A DNA stretch of 28,315 bases from an uncultured Aminicenantes bacterium. GTDB taxonomy: Bacteria; Acidobacteriota; Aminicenantia; UBA2199. The stretch covers positions 1-28,315 of the forward strand of contig CBDAFS010000027.1 in NCBI GenBank assembly GCA_965195285.1, in the 5' to 3' direction. Both the position numbers and the translations under genes were made by a program. Under the pieces are notes generated by a model, which saw only the letters and a program-made list of their open reading frames with translations, did not search any database and was not told the origin of the DNA. Positions 17,201 to 26,469 of the stretch are shown here, piece after piece (positions within the stretch are counted from its first letter, which is position 1; the number at the start of each line of letters is the position of its first letter).

Positions 17201-19140
17201 TTTCGACCCCCGTTGATATGTTTTCTGAGTGTATTCAATTCAATATTGCCCAAAGCCACCGGTTTCAGCTGGCCCATCAGCCAGCGTTCCCGGGCGCCCG
17301 GAGCTTTTGATGTTCTAATATTGTTGAATTTGACATTCAAGGCCGGCAATATGGAGAGGATTTCTTTCTCTGATTTGTTGCGATATTTCAGGATTTTCAG
17401 GACCGAATCAAAATCGGATTCGGGATGCTGGTAAGCAATGGGGAGCATACTTTTTATGATGTCTGTTTTAAGCTTTTTTTTCCGGATAAATTTAAAAAGC
17501 TCGTAGACTTTTTGATAATCTATGGAGGCATTCCCAACCTGCTGGCCCTCAATATGTTTCAGGGTATGGCCGATCAGGGTGCCGACCAGGAGTGGGTTTT
17601 CCTGGAAATCAGTGATGATACCGGCCAGCAGGGGGAAGAGGTTTTTGCTCAGAATATAGGTGAAGGTAGTGGCCGGAATTTTCCATTTTATCATCTGGTC
17701 GATATGGGCAGTGACCTCGGAAGGAAGTTGCTTTTCGATATCCCGGATCATCCGGTCATCGATGGGGATAGGAGAGGAATCGGTGTCCGGGTACATGCGG
17801 TCGGGTCCGGGCAATACCCGCTCAAAAATCGTGGTCCCGTTTTTAAGGGCTTTGCGGGTTTCGTTGGGAACTCCCTGCAGGGCCAGCCGACAGCGCTCAT
17901 CGATAGTTTCCAGGGCAGTCGGCATGTCAGTTTCTGGTCCCCACAGGATGATCTGGGCATCGTTTTCACCACTCTTCAGGGTTTTTCTGACCCGGGCCCA
18001 GTCTTTGGCCTCCAGCCGGGATGCCAGTGCCTCCGAATGGGTCATACTAGGCCTATTCAAGCAGGCAATAACGGTTAAGCGGTCATGAATTTCATCGGCA
18101 AATATTTTTCCGGGCTGGGTGAAAAAGCTGAGAATCCCCTTGAACAAGGGCAGGTTCACCCCGATAAACCGGTTGTTTGGCTCGGAATTTAATTTCAGGT
18201 CCGGTAATGCACTGGATTTCAATTTCCATTTATTGATGTCCGGGATTCGTTTTTTCAGAATTTTACGGATTTCCAACAGTGATTTCTGGCGGAAGGCCTC
18301 ATTGTGGGTGAGTTCGGGAATGGAACGCAGATGGGCCACGCCTTTGATTTCAACCCGGGTACCACCGTTAATGCTGACATTGACATCCTGACGGGCTGCA
18401 CCGATACCGGTTCTGACATGATTGGTACTTCGGCACAAAAAACGAATGTACTGCCCGGCTTCGGCGGCTTCATCCGGTGTTTTCATGTCGGGATGGGTTA
18501 CGGTTTCCACCAGGGGCATGCCCAGGCGGTCGGTCATGTATACCCGGTCGTGCCGGATATCCGAGACCTCGCGGCAGGAATCCTCTTCCACACTCAACTG
18601 GATGATACGGATAATTTTTTCTCTGAGCGGGATTTCACCTTCGATTCCGATAATACCGGTGCGTTGAAACCCGGTGGGGATACTTCCGTCCAGATACTGC
18701 TTGCGAGTGATATGCAGCTCACCCACGATACTGGTCTTGAGCAGCAGGGCAATTTCAATGGCAATCTCCAGTGCTTCACGATTCAATTTAAAGGGGGGTG
18801 TGTCATCAATTTCATAGGTGCAGGCGGTTCGATGCTTGATCCGGTAAAAGATGTTCTTTTTGGTTTTGAATTCCATCAAGGCGGTTCCATCGTATTCTCC
18901 CAGTTCACTCAGGGTGGGGCGCATATGCCGAATGATTTCGGCATCATAATCATCGCTCTGTTGATATATTCCGGCCGGACAACGGCAGAAGAGTTTTTTT
19001 TTGGTTTTCAGTTGCTGGTGAATTTCAAGCCCGCAGCGATAGCCCAGAGACTCATAGATTTTCCGGTCCGCTTTTCTACGCTCCACATACCCGACTGTTT
19101 TTCGGGTTTTTTCAAGATTCTGCTTCGGATCAAATGTCAT
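17197..19140 (-). CDS. gatE: Glu-tRNA(Gln) amidotransferase subunit E
   Basis: CGLEIHQQL, RPTLSELGEYD, RKQYLDGSIPTGFQRT, RVEIKGV, GVPNETRKA and PGPDRMYPDTD; 647 aa with the internal insertion typical of GatE rather than GatB. Confidence 0.93.
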   Translation of the reverse strand: MTFDPKQNLEKTRKTVGYVERRKADRKIYESLGYRCGLEIHQQLKTKKKLFCRCPAGIYQQSDDYDAEIIRHMRPTLSELGEYDGTALMEFKTKKNIFYRIKHRTACTYEIDDTPPFKLNREALEIAIEIALLLKTSIVGELHITRKQYLDGSIPTGFQRTGIIGIEGEIPLREKIIRIIQLSVEEDSCREVSDIRHDRVYMTDRLGMPLVETVTHPDMKTPDEAAEAGQYIRFLCRSTNHVRTGIGAARQDVNVSINGGTRVEIKGVAHLRSIPELTHNEAFRQKSLLEIRKILKKRIPDINKWKLKSSALPDLKLNSEPNNRFIGVNLPLFKGILSFFTQPGKIFADEIHDRLTVIACLNRPSMTHSEALASRLEAKDWARVRKTLKSGENDAQIILWGPETDMPTALETIDERCRLALQGVPNETRKALKNGTTIFERVLPGPDRMYPDTDSSPIPIDDRMIRDIEKQLPSEVTAHIDQMIKWKIPATTFTYILSKNLFPLLAGIITDFQENPLLVGTLIGHTLKHIEGQQVGNASIDYQKVYELFKFIRKKKLKTDIIKSMLPIAYQHPESDFDSVLKILKYRNKSEKEILSILPALNVKFNNIRTSKAPGARERWLMGQLKPVALGNIELNTLRKHINGGRK

Positions 19141-19356
19141 GGGTTAACTGTTTTCCTTTACCGATGGGTATCGGGTGTAAGCCAATCTGTTTTGTATCAT
19201 ATTGCCTCATTGAAGTCAACTTAAATAAATTACCTTTTTATTTAAAAAGAATTAGAAAATCGGTTGACATTTGAATGGTAATATTGACAATCTTTATTTT
19301 TTACCGCAAAATCAATTTATATATTCTTGTTGATATCAAATCTAGAGGTGAGTGAA

Positions 19357-20460
19357 ATGTCAGAAGAAATTCGAGTCAGGGCAGAACCACTCAAGTCGTT
19401 CTGCATCCGCATTTTTCAAAAGTTGAATGTGACTGCCGAGGATGCCGCAGTAGTTGCCGATAACCTGGTTGCTGCTGACCTGAGGGGAATCGCCTCTCAT
19501 GGTGTGGCCCGTTTGAGGCGTTATGTCAAGGGGATACAGACCGGAATCATACGGTCCCGGGCCGAAGCCCGGGTGGTGATGGAAACCGCGGCCACTGCCC
19601 TCCTGGATGGAGGCGGTGGGCTGGGGCAGCCCATATCCAACCGGGCCATGCACATGGCTATTCAAAAGGCCCGGGAAGCCGGCGCCGGATTTGTCAATGT
19701 ACGGAATTCCAATCACTACGGTATTGCCGGGTATTATGCCATGATGGCGCTGGAATACGACATGATCGGGGTTTCCATGACCAATTCCGGTGTACTGGTG
19801 GTTCCCACCTTTGGCCGCCATTCGATGCTGGGAACCAACCCGATTAGTCTGGCAGCCCCGGCCGGACAGGAACGCCCTTTTGTGTTGGATATGGCCACAA
19901 GCACCGTGCCCCGTGGAAAACTGGAAGTGTACAACCGTCAGCAGAAACTGTTGCCAATGGGGTGGGCGACCGATGAAACCGGAGATCCCACTGACGATGC
20001 CAGCCGGGTTTTGAATAATCTGGTTGAATCGAAAGGGGGTGGCCTGTTGCCCCTGGGAGGCTCCGGCGAATTATTCAGTGGACATAAAGGTTATGGCCTG
20101 GCGCTGATGGTGGATATTTTGTCCGGTGTTCTTTCCGGAGCCGGTTATGCGGATAATATTTATACCAAAGAGCCGTCTGGCCAGCCCAAGCCGGCCAATG
20201 TCGGACATTTTTTTGGTGCTCTGCGCGTAGATGGTTTCAGGCCCATTGATGATTTTAAGCAAACCATGGATGACCTCATCAACCGGCTCCGTAATGTTCC
20301 CAAAGCCAGCGGTCAGGACCGGGTCTATATTCACGGTGAGAAGGAATTTGAAATTGAAGAAGATCGGAAAGTCAATGGGGTTATTCTGCACCCCAAAGTA
20401 GAACAGGACCTGAAGTCCCTGGCCCGTGAACTGGAAGAGGATTACGATCTGATCTCATAA
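19357..20460 (+). CDS. Ldh_2 family NAD(P)-dependent oxidoreductase (malate/L-lactate/L-sulfolactate dehydrogenase-like)
   Basis: ADLRGIASHG, RNSNHYG, GTNPI, LDMATS and HKGYGL motifs; ATG 19357 preceded by GAGGTG. Confidence 0.88.
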   Translation: MSEEIRVRAEPLKSFCIRIFQKLNVTAEDAAVVADNLVAADLRGIASHGVARLRRYVKGIQTGIIRSRAEARVVMETAATALLDGGGGLGQPISNRAMHMAIQKAREAGAGFVNVRNSNHYGIAGYYAMMALEYDMIGVSMTNSGVLVVPTFGRHSMLGTNPISLAAPAGQERPFVLDMATSTVPRGKLEVYNRQQKLLPMGWATDETGDPTDDASRVLNNLVESKGGGLLPLGGSGELFSGHKGYGLALMVDILSGVLSGAGYADNIYTKEPSGQPKPANVGHFFGALRVDGFRPIDDFKQTMDDLINRLRNVPKASGQDRVYIHGEKEFEIEEDRKVNGVILHPKVEQDLKSLARELEEDYDLIS

Positions 20461-20466
20461 ATTGTC

Positions 20467-20495
20467 TTGATATTTTGGTCATTTTTATTTAGAAT
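20467..20495 (+). promoter_or_regulatory. Putative sigma70 promoter of the acyl-CoA synthetase pair
   Basis: TTGATA (20467-20472), 17 nt, TAGAAT (20490-20495). Confidence 0.55.
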
Positions 20496-20558
20496 CAAAT
20501 CATATCAACGGTAGCTCCCGGGCCTGAAGGCTCAGAGTGATCAGGCTGTTAGGAGGAA

Positions 20559-22685
20559 ATGACCATGCCAGACTTAGATGCATTGTTTAAACCCAGGAAT
20601 ATTGCCATTATCGGTGCATCCAACCGTCCCCTGACCATCGGACACCGGATCATGACAAATTTGAATAGATATGGTTTCAAAGGTCAGGTGTTCCCGGTGA
20701 ATCCCAAGGGAGAGCCCATTCTCGATATTCCTTCTCATAAATCCATTTTGGATATTGGCCCCGAGGTGGATCTGGTTCATATAATCGTACGCAATAACCT
20801 GGTGGCTCAGACCCTTGAGGATTGTGCGACCAGAGGAGTTAAGGTTGCCATTGTCAATACATCCGGTTTCAAGGAGACCGGCCCCGAGGGTGCTGAGCTG
20901 GAACGGGAACTGGTGGCGATCGGAAAACGAACCGGACTGCGCCTGTTCGGTCCCAACTGCCAGGGGGTCATGAATTCCGATCCCCAGGTCAGCCTGTATT
21001 CGAATTTTACCTTTGCCGAAATGATTCCCGGACATGTGTCCATGGTTGCCCAGGGCGGGGGTGTGGCCGAGGTGATCAACAATTATTTTGGCATGAACCG
21101 GGTGGGACAGCGAATGTATGCCTCCAATGGCAATGCCTGTGATATTTCGGTTCCTGAAATCATTGAATACTATGGACAGGATGAACAAACCCATGTCATT
21201 GTTCTGCATGCCGAAAGTTTTCCCGATCCCCGGGAATTTCTGGAGCGGGTGGCCCCGGTAGCAGAGAAAAAACCGGTTCTGGCCTTGAAGAGCGGTGTCA
21301 CGGCCGAGGGAGCCAGGGCGGTCTCCTCCCATACCGGAGGTCTGATGGAAGCGGATACGGTCACCGACGTTCTGTTTGATAAATGCGGGGTTTTACGGTT
21401 TGCCAGCCTTCTGGAACTGTGTGAAACCGCTCAGGCTTTTGCTACCCAGAACGTCCCCAAAGGGAAGCACGTGGGAATGGTCACCAATGCCGGTTCACCG
21501 GCCATTATTGTCACCGATGAGGTGGTGAAAGCGGGACTGGAAGTCCCGGATTTAAGCCCTGCATCAAAAGTTTTTTTACAGGATAAACTCCAGTCCATTG
21601 CCAGTATTGCCAATCCCATTGATATGATGGCCACGGCAGCCGGGATCGAGTACCGCGCATCTCTGGATGCCCTGGTTGGGGATCCGGGTATCGATTCCAT
21701 TGTGGTCTGTTTCATGACTCCCTTTTTTGTTGATACCCTTCAGATTGCAGAGGCCATTGAACAGGTCGCTGCTTCAGCCGAGAAGACCTTGATTGCTGTG
21801 GCCATGACCAACCCGGATGAAAAACCGGAATGGCAGGAAACGGTTGAGCGGGTTCGACAGGCCGGAGTCCCGGTCTACTATTTCCCGGAAAGTGCGGCCA
21901 GGGTATTGGTCAATATGAACCGCTACCGGAAACTCCGGGATCGGCCCCGATTGAAGCCGGCAGAAATCCAGGTTGAAGTGGACCAGGCAAATCGGTTATT
22001 GAAGGAGGCAAAACCGGGACCGGAGGGTTTCCTGGCTCCCGGAGATGCCAGTGCATTATTGACGATCTATGGTATTCCCCTGGTCCGGGAAAAACGCTCT
22101 GAAAATTGGGATGGATTAAGGACAGTTGCTGCTGAGATCGGTTATCCGGTAGTGCTCAAAGCAGAAGCCCCTTCGCTGATTCACAAAACCGACGCCGGAG
22201 CCGTGATATTGAATATCAATGATGAATCCGAGTTAAAGAATGCCTATGAGGGTTTAAATAGGAAAGTCGGAAACCATCCGGAATTGGCTTTTCTACTCCA
22301 GTCCCAGTTGGATCCGGGGCTGGAGATCATTATCGGTGGAAGCCGGGCACCGGGACTGGGCGCCATGATCATGTTCGGCCTGGGCGGCATTCATGTGGAG
22401 GTATTCAAGGATGTCATGTTCAAATTAGGACCTCTCAATCGGTCAGAGGCTCTGGAAATGCTGGAAGGTATCCGGGCCTCAGCGCTGCTGGACGGGGTCA
22501 GGGGCCAGCCTGGAATTGATAAGATGAGTGTGGCGGATATCATGCTGCGGATATCGGAATTGCTGGAAAATCATCCGGAAATTGTTGAACTTGATTTGAA
22601 TCCGGTTATGGCTTATCCAGCCGGGAAACCGGTGGCTGTGGTGGATTTCCGAATCAAGATATGTCAATCCGAGAGCGGGGGATGA
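20559..22685 (+). CDS. ADP-forming acetate/acyl-CoA ligase, fused alpha-beta
   Basis: CoA-binding IAIIGAS, GPNCQG, phospho-His SSHTG, NPIDM, ATP-grasp GYPVVLK...HKTDAG and ELDLNP; no GNAT domain. Confidence 0.88.
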   Translation: MTMPDLDALFKPRNIAIIGASNRPLTIGHRIMTNLNRYGFKGQVFPVNPKGEPILDIPSHKSILDIGPEVDLVHIIVRNNLVAQTLEDCATRGVKVAIVNTSGFKETGPEGAELERELVAIGKRTGLRLFGPNCQGVMNSDPQVSLYSNFTFAEMIPGHVSMVAQGGGVAEVINNYFGMNRVGQRMYASNGNACDISVPEIIEYYGQDEQTHVIVLHAESFPDPREFLERVAPVAEKKPVLALKSGVTAEGARAVSSHTGGLMEADTVTDVLFDKCGVLRFASLLELCETAQAFATQNVPKGKHVGMVTNAGSPAIIVTDEVVKAGLEVPDLSPASKVFLQDKLQSIASIANPIDMMATAAGIEYRASLDALVGDPGIDSIVVCFMTPFFVDTLQIAEAIEQVAASAEKTLIAVAMTNPDEKPEWQETVERVRQAGVPVYYFPESAARVLVNMNRYRKLRDRPRLKPAEIQVEVDQANRLLKEAKPGPEGFLAPGDASALLTIYGIPLVREKRSENWDGLRTVAAEIGYPVVLKAEAPSLIHKTDAGAVILNINDESELKNAYEGLNRKVGNHPELAFLLQSQLDPGLEIIIGGSRAPGLGAMIMFGLGGIHVEVFKDVMFKLGPLNRSEALEMLEGIRASALLDGVRGQPGIDKMSVADIMLRISELLENHPEIVELDLNPVMAYPAGKPVAVVDFRIKICQSESGG

Positions 22686-22686
22686 A

Positions 22687-24234
22687 ATGACCAACTGGCT
22701 GAACCTGGGTGAAATGTTGAAACTGAATGCCCATAAGTATCCGCAAACCGTCTGCTTGATGGATGCGGAACGGTCATTTACTTTTCCGGAAACCAACCGC
22801 AGAGTCTGCCAGTTAGCCAATGCCCTGCTTTCACTCGGTCTTGTCAAGGGGGATATCATTTCAGTGTTGCTGGAAAATTGCCTTGAATTTGCTGAAATAT
22901 ATCTGGCTGCTGCGAAAACCGGCATGGTGGTGAATCCCATCCATTTTAGGCTGGTGGGTTCGGAAATGGTTGAAATTGCCAATCATGCCGATGCCAAAGC
23001 CCTGATTGTTCATGATGAGTTCTGTCCGGTTATTGAAGATATCCGCCCCCGCTTACATATTGATCAAAATCGCTATGTGGTGGTGGGACAATCCCGGGAT
23101 CAATTTATTTCCTATGAATCTTTTCTGGACAGTGGAAAGCCCAATGAACCGGGAATCAAGGTGAAACCCGAGGAAACCTGGATACTGTTGTATACCTCCG
23201 GGACCACCGGCAGGCCCAAGGGCGTGGTCCGTTCTCACGAATCCTACATTGCCTTTTATTTGATCAATGCCATTGATTTTGATTTCCGGCCCCACGACCG
23301 GGTGCTTAATGTCATGCCTCTCTGCCATGTAAACACCACCTTTTTTACCTTTACCTTCACCTATATCGGGGGTTCCACCTATGTGCACCCGGCCCGTGGA
23401 TTTGATGCCCGGGAAGTTTTAGGCATCATTGAAAAGGCCCGGATCAATTTCATTTCTTTGATCCCAACCCACTATGCCCTCATACTGGATGTGCCCCCGG
23501 AGCAGCGGAACCGGGTGGATGTGTCATCCATTAAAAAATTATTGTGTTCGTCTGCCCCGGCCCGGGTGGAGCAGAAAAAGGCCATCATGAAATATTTCAG
23601 GGGAGTAGAACTCTATGAAGCCTACGGTTCCACCGAAGCCGGAATTGTCACCACCAGCTTTCCCCGGGAGCAGCTCACCAAACCGGGTTCAATCGGGAGG
23701 GAAAACCTGGGTACGGACTTTGTTAAGCTTCTGGATGAAAACAAAAAACCGGTGAAAAGAGGAGAAATCGGTGAACTATACAGCCGGGGGCCCATGATGT
23801 TTGACGGTTATTACAAGGATCCGGAAAAGACATCGGACAGCTTTGTCGGTGAATACTTTTCAGCCGGTGATATGGCCTATCAGGACAGCGACGGATATTT
23901 TTACCTGGTTGATCGCAAGAACAACATGATCATAACCGGAGGAGAAAATGTGTTTCCCTCTGAAATAGAAAAAATCATCTGCCAACACCCGGCCGTGTTT
24001 GAGGCAGCCGTGATCGGGGTACCCGATAACAAGTGGGGGGAAGCGGCTAAAGCGGTGGTGATATTGAAAAAAAATGTAAGTTGTTCTGAAAAGGAGATTA
24101 TCGATTTTTGCCGGGATAAGCTGGCTGGATTCAAGCGGCCCAAGACCGTTGATTTTATCGATTCCGAAGAGATGCCCCGTACGGGTTCGGGAAAAATCCT
24201 TCACCGGGTGCTCCGGGAACGGTTTTCAAAATAA
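22687..24234 (+). CDS. AMP-forming acyl-CoA synthetase (class I adenylate-forming), substrate unknown
   Basis: YTSGTTGRPKG, YGSTE, GDMAY, DRKNNMIITGGENV and PRTGSGKI. Confidence 0.88.
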   Translation: MTNWLNLGEMLKLNAHKYPQTVCLMDAERSFTFPETNRRVCQLANALLSLGLVKGDIISVLLENCLEFAEIYLAAAKTGMVVNPIHFRLVGSEMVEIANHADAKALIVHDEFCPVIEDIRPRLHIDQNRYVVVGQSRDQFISYESFLDSGKPNEPGIKVKPEETWILLYTSGTTGRPKGVVRSHESYIAFYLINAIDFDFRPHDRVLNVMPLCHVNTTFFTFTFTYIGGSTYVHPARGFDAREVLGIIEKARINFISLIPTHYALILDVPPEQRNRVDVSSIKKLLCSSAPARVEQKKAIMKYFRGVELYEAYGSTEAGIVTTSFPREQLTKPGSIGRENLGTDFVKLLDENKKPVKRGEIGELYSRGPMMFDGYYKDPEKTSDSFVGEYFSAGDMAYQDSDGYFYLVDRKNNMIITGGENVFPSEIEKIICQHPAVFEAAVIGVPDNKWGEAAKAVVILKKNVSCSEKEIIDFCRDKLAGFKRPKTVDFIDSEEMPRTGSGKILHRVLRERFSK

Positions 24235-24246
24235 ATTTAACTCAGA

Positions 24247-24281
24247 AGGGAAGGAGGGTGTGGGAAGAGGGAAGGAGGGTG
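24247..24281 (+). repeat. Purine-rich 7-mer array with a canonical G-quadruplex motif
   Basis: AGGGAAG GAGGGTG TGGGAAG AGGGAAG GAGGGTG; five GGG runs with 3-5-nt loops. Confidence 0.6.
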
Positions 24282-25256
24282 ACGGTGCTTGACAATTTGA
24301 CAATTTCATTTTTCCCTCAGTCTCAATTTTGTCCTCTTATACAACTGTCCGATCGAATGAAGTTTCAAATCACTGAACAAATCCATTTTTATAATTTCAG
24401 TATATTTTAAGCCTCCCCTCTCCCTGAGATTAAAAAGCAACTCACCTCTAAGTCTCTTTCCAAAATGAGTTGTTGTATCAATATTTTCGATATTGATTTT
24501 ATACTTTTTCTCAAATTCCATATATATTTTTTTAACCGGTTCAAAATAGAGATCATCAATCCTTTTCCCTTCCATACTTTCTCTATTATTTCTGCGGTCA
24601 AATTTATTTTTTGCTTCTGAAATATAACCTTTCCCCCCAATTATTTTTCCAACTCTCGTCTCAATAACCGGAAGTGATTCTAAATTAGAACTGTTAACCA
24701 TATTAATTAAATTATTTTCATCCCGAAAAAGATCTTCAACATATGATCTGTCTATAATTTCACAATCATTATACTTATTATAATAGTAAGATGCACTCGA
24801 CCATTCATACTCATGGAAATTACTTAATATCCCTGCGCGAACAGGATTATTTAAAACATAGGCTATCGATAAAAGAAGATATGTATCATCCTGAATTAAC
24901 ATAGATTTAAATCGTCCCTGGAATACATATCCCTTTCCACCATGTTCTGATCTGTATAAACTTCCGAAATTCCCATTCAATTGTTTAAGAAAATCTGACA
25001 TCCTACCGGAACTGTTTTCAAGGATCAAATGATAGTGGTTATCCATCAGACAATAAGCAAATATTCTTATTTTCAACTCTTGAGAATATAACCCTAATAA
25101 ACTCAGAAATTTTTCTTTATCTTTTCTCTCCTTAAAGATCGGTTTCCCATCATATCCCCGGTTCATAACATGGTGATAGGCTCCCCGGTATGTTACCCTT
25201 GCTCGGCGCATAAATAATCTTTATAACAAAAATGTCAAAATGTCAAGCACCGTCAC
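24279..25256 (-). mobile_element. RAYT/Y1 transposase unit bounded by 24-bp inverted repeats
   Basis: Left GTGACGGTGCTTGACAATTTGACA (24279-24302); right TGTCAAAATGTCAAGCACCGTCAC (25233-25256); 1 mismatch; no target-site duplication seen. Confidence 0.8.
24306..25211 (-). CDS. REP-associated tyrosine transposase (RAYT-like HUH/Y1) with C-terminal helical/HTH extension
   Basis: YHHVMNRG, AYCLMDNHYHL (HUH), FQGRFKS, YVLNNPVRAG (catalytic Tyr) and YEWSS; 301 aa. Confidence 0.9.
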   Translation of the reverse strand: MRRARVTYRGAYHHVMNRGYDGKPIFKERKDKEKFLSLLGLYSQELKIRIFAYCLMDNHYHLILENSSGRMSDFLKQLNGNFGSLYRSEHGGKGYVFQGRFKSMLIQDDTYLLLSIAYVLNNPVRAGILSNFHEYEWSSASYYYNKYNDCEIIDRSYVEDLFRDENNLINMVNSSNLESLPVIETRVGKIIGGKGYISEAKNKFDRRNNRESMEGKRIDDLYFEPVKKIYMEFEKKYKINIENIDTTTHFGKRLRGELLFNLRERGGLKYTEIIKMDLFSDLKLHSIGQLYKRTKLRLREK

Positions 25257-25289
25257 TCTTGATTGTATATTGATTGAGAAAAAATCAAA

Positions 25290-25868
25290 TTATTTATTCT
25301 CTTTTGATTTTTCATCTCTCAATTGTTCTTCCATTAACTCATTTAATTTCTTGTGATCTTTTTCACCAAATCTATCAATTTGAATAGTAATATATTGTTT
25401 GTTATTATTGGGTTTACAAAGATTACGTAATTCTTCTATATTCTCTTCTTGAGAATAATATATAAGAAGAATTGAAGCAATTCTTTTCTTGGATTCATCA
25501 GTATAATTTTTTATAAAGTGATGAACTAACTCAGTTTTATTGTCTGGTCTACCTTTTAAATAATTTACCCAATCAGAAGTGCCTTTAAGAAATTCAATAT
25601 CTCCTTCATAAAATTTCCATCCACATTGTAACAACTGTTTTTCGAGATTATAAAAAGCTTTTTTTGATGGATATTCATCTTCATATTTAAAGTGAATATA
25701 AGCTCTTTTCTTCTCAATCACCCACTTTGGTTTTTGTTCAAACAACTGGATTTTTTTCTCACATGGCCCAATTAATGAAAAAGAAGTTAATTTAACATTA
25801 GATTTTTTTAAATCACATCCAGGTAAAAATATTATAATGAATAATATCAAGCATAAAAAGTTTTTCAT
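25290..25868 (-). CDS. Lipoprotein, putative immunity protein of the orphan Rhs toxin
   Basis: Lipobox FLPG-C; starts 1 nt after the orphan Rhs stop. Confidence 0.65.
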   Translation of the reverse strand: MKNFLCLILFIIIFLPGCDLKKSNVKLTSFSLIGPCEKKIQLFEQKPKWVIEKKRAYIHFKYEDEYPSKKAFYNLEKQLLQCGWKFYEGDIEFLKGTSDWVNYLKGRPDNKTELVHHFIKNYTDESKKRIASILLIYYSQEENIEELRNLCKPNNNKQYITIQIDRFGEKDHKKLNELMEEQLRDEKSKENK

Positions 25869-25869
25869 T

Positions 25870-26463
25870 TTACCATCTTCTCCCTAGATCTTTTTGAAAG
25901 TAATATTCTCCTTTTTTATATTTCTTTTGTTCACACTCTGGACAACCTTTTTGTGGACCTGGTGGAGAGCAGAAACAACTATCACCTCTCTTTACATCAC
26001 GACCAGTGTGCCGCAAAACTCCGGTTGAACTAGGTAAGGTATGAATGAATGTCAGGCTCCAGATAACCTTACCTTTACATGGGATGCAAAGCCAGTAACA
26101 TCTACATACAATATTAAATGAACGAGTCCATCCAGCCATTACCCACTGACCATTACAATAATGCCTTAATCCTGAGGGATCAATAAAATTCACTGGATTA
26201 TTTCCTTCAAAAACATAAAAGTTTTCTTTTCCATGAAATCCAATCGGATCTTCGTTGATGAACCTTCCAATCGAAGGATAATAATACCTGTGGTAATAAT
26301 AATTTAGTCCGGATTCCTGGTCGAAATATTTACTCTGAAAACCCAGGTTTCCTGATGATGAGCCGGTCTGATTTACTATATTCCCAAAAACATCATAGGT
26401 TCTAGTATTGACCATCTGTTTGGTTTCGTGTTTATAGACTTTGGTGATGGTTCCGACCTGATC
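25870..26463 (-). CDS. Orphan Rhs module: truncated RHS core plus Cys-rich C-terminal toxin domain
   Basis: DQVGTITK...GFQSKYFDQESGLNYYYHRYY.PSIGRFINEDPIG...PVNFIDPSGL closely duplicates the upstream Rhs core (27637-27933); a 98-aa CT follows; true start uncertain. Confidence 0.82.
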   Translation of the reverse strand, partial: DQVGTITKVYKHETKQMVNTRTYDVFGNIVNQTGSSSGNLGFQSKYFDQESGLNYYYHRYYYPSIGRFINEDPIGFHGKENFYVFEGNNPVNFIDPSGLRHYCNGQWVMAGWTRSFNIVCRCYWLCIPCKGKVIWSLTFIHTLPSSTGVLRHTGRDVKRGDSCFCSPPGPQKGCPECEQKKYKKGEYYFQKDLGRRW

Positions 26464-26469
26464 CAGAGA

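Noticed and set aside
15773-19140. Annotation as L-asparaginase plus GatB
   Set aside because: The GatD N-terminal domain, GatE-type motifs and length, and the coupled pair indicate GatDE.
20559-22685. Protein lysine acetyltransferase (Pat/YfiQ)
   Set aside because: No GNAT domain, and the catalytic His (SHTG) is retained.
2693-24640. Numerous short or opposite-strand ORFs overlapping dch, the TPR gene, VWA, oah, gatDE, ldh, the ligases and RAYT (e.g. 18304-19224, 20574-21332)
   Set aside because: They overlap well-supported genes and show no recognisable domains.
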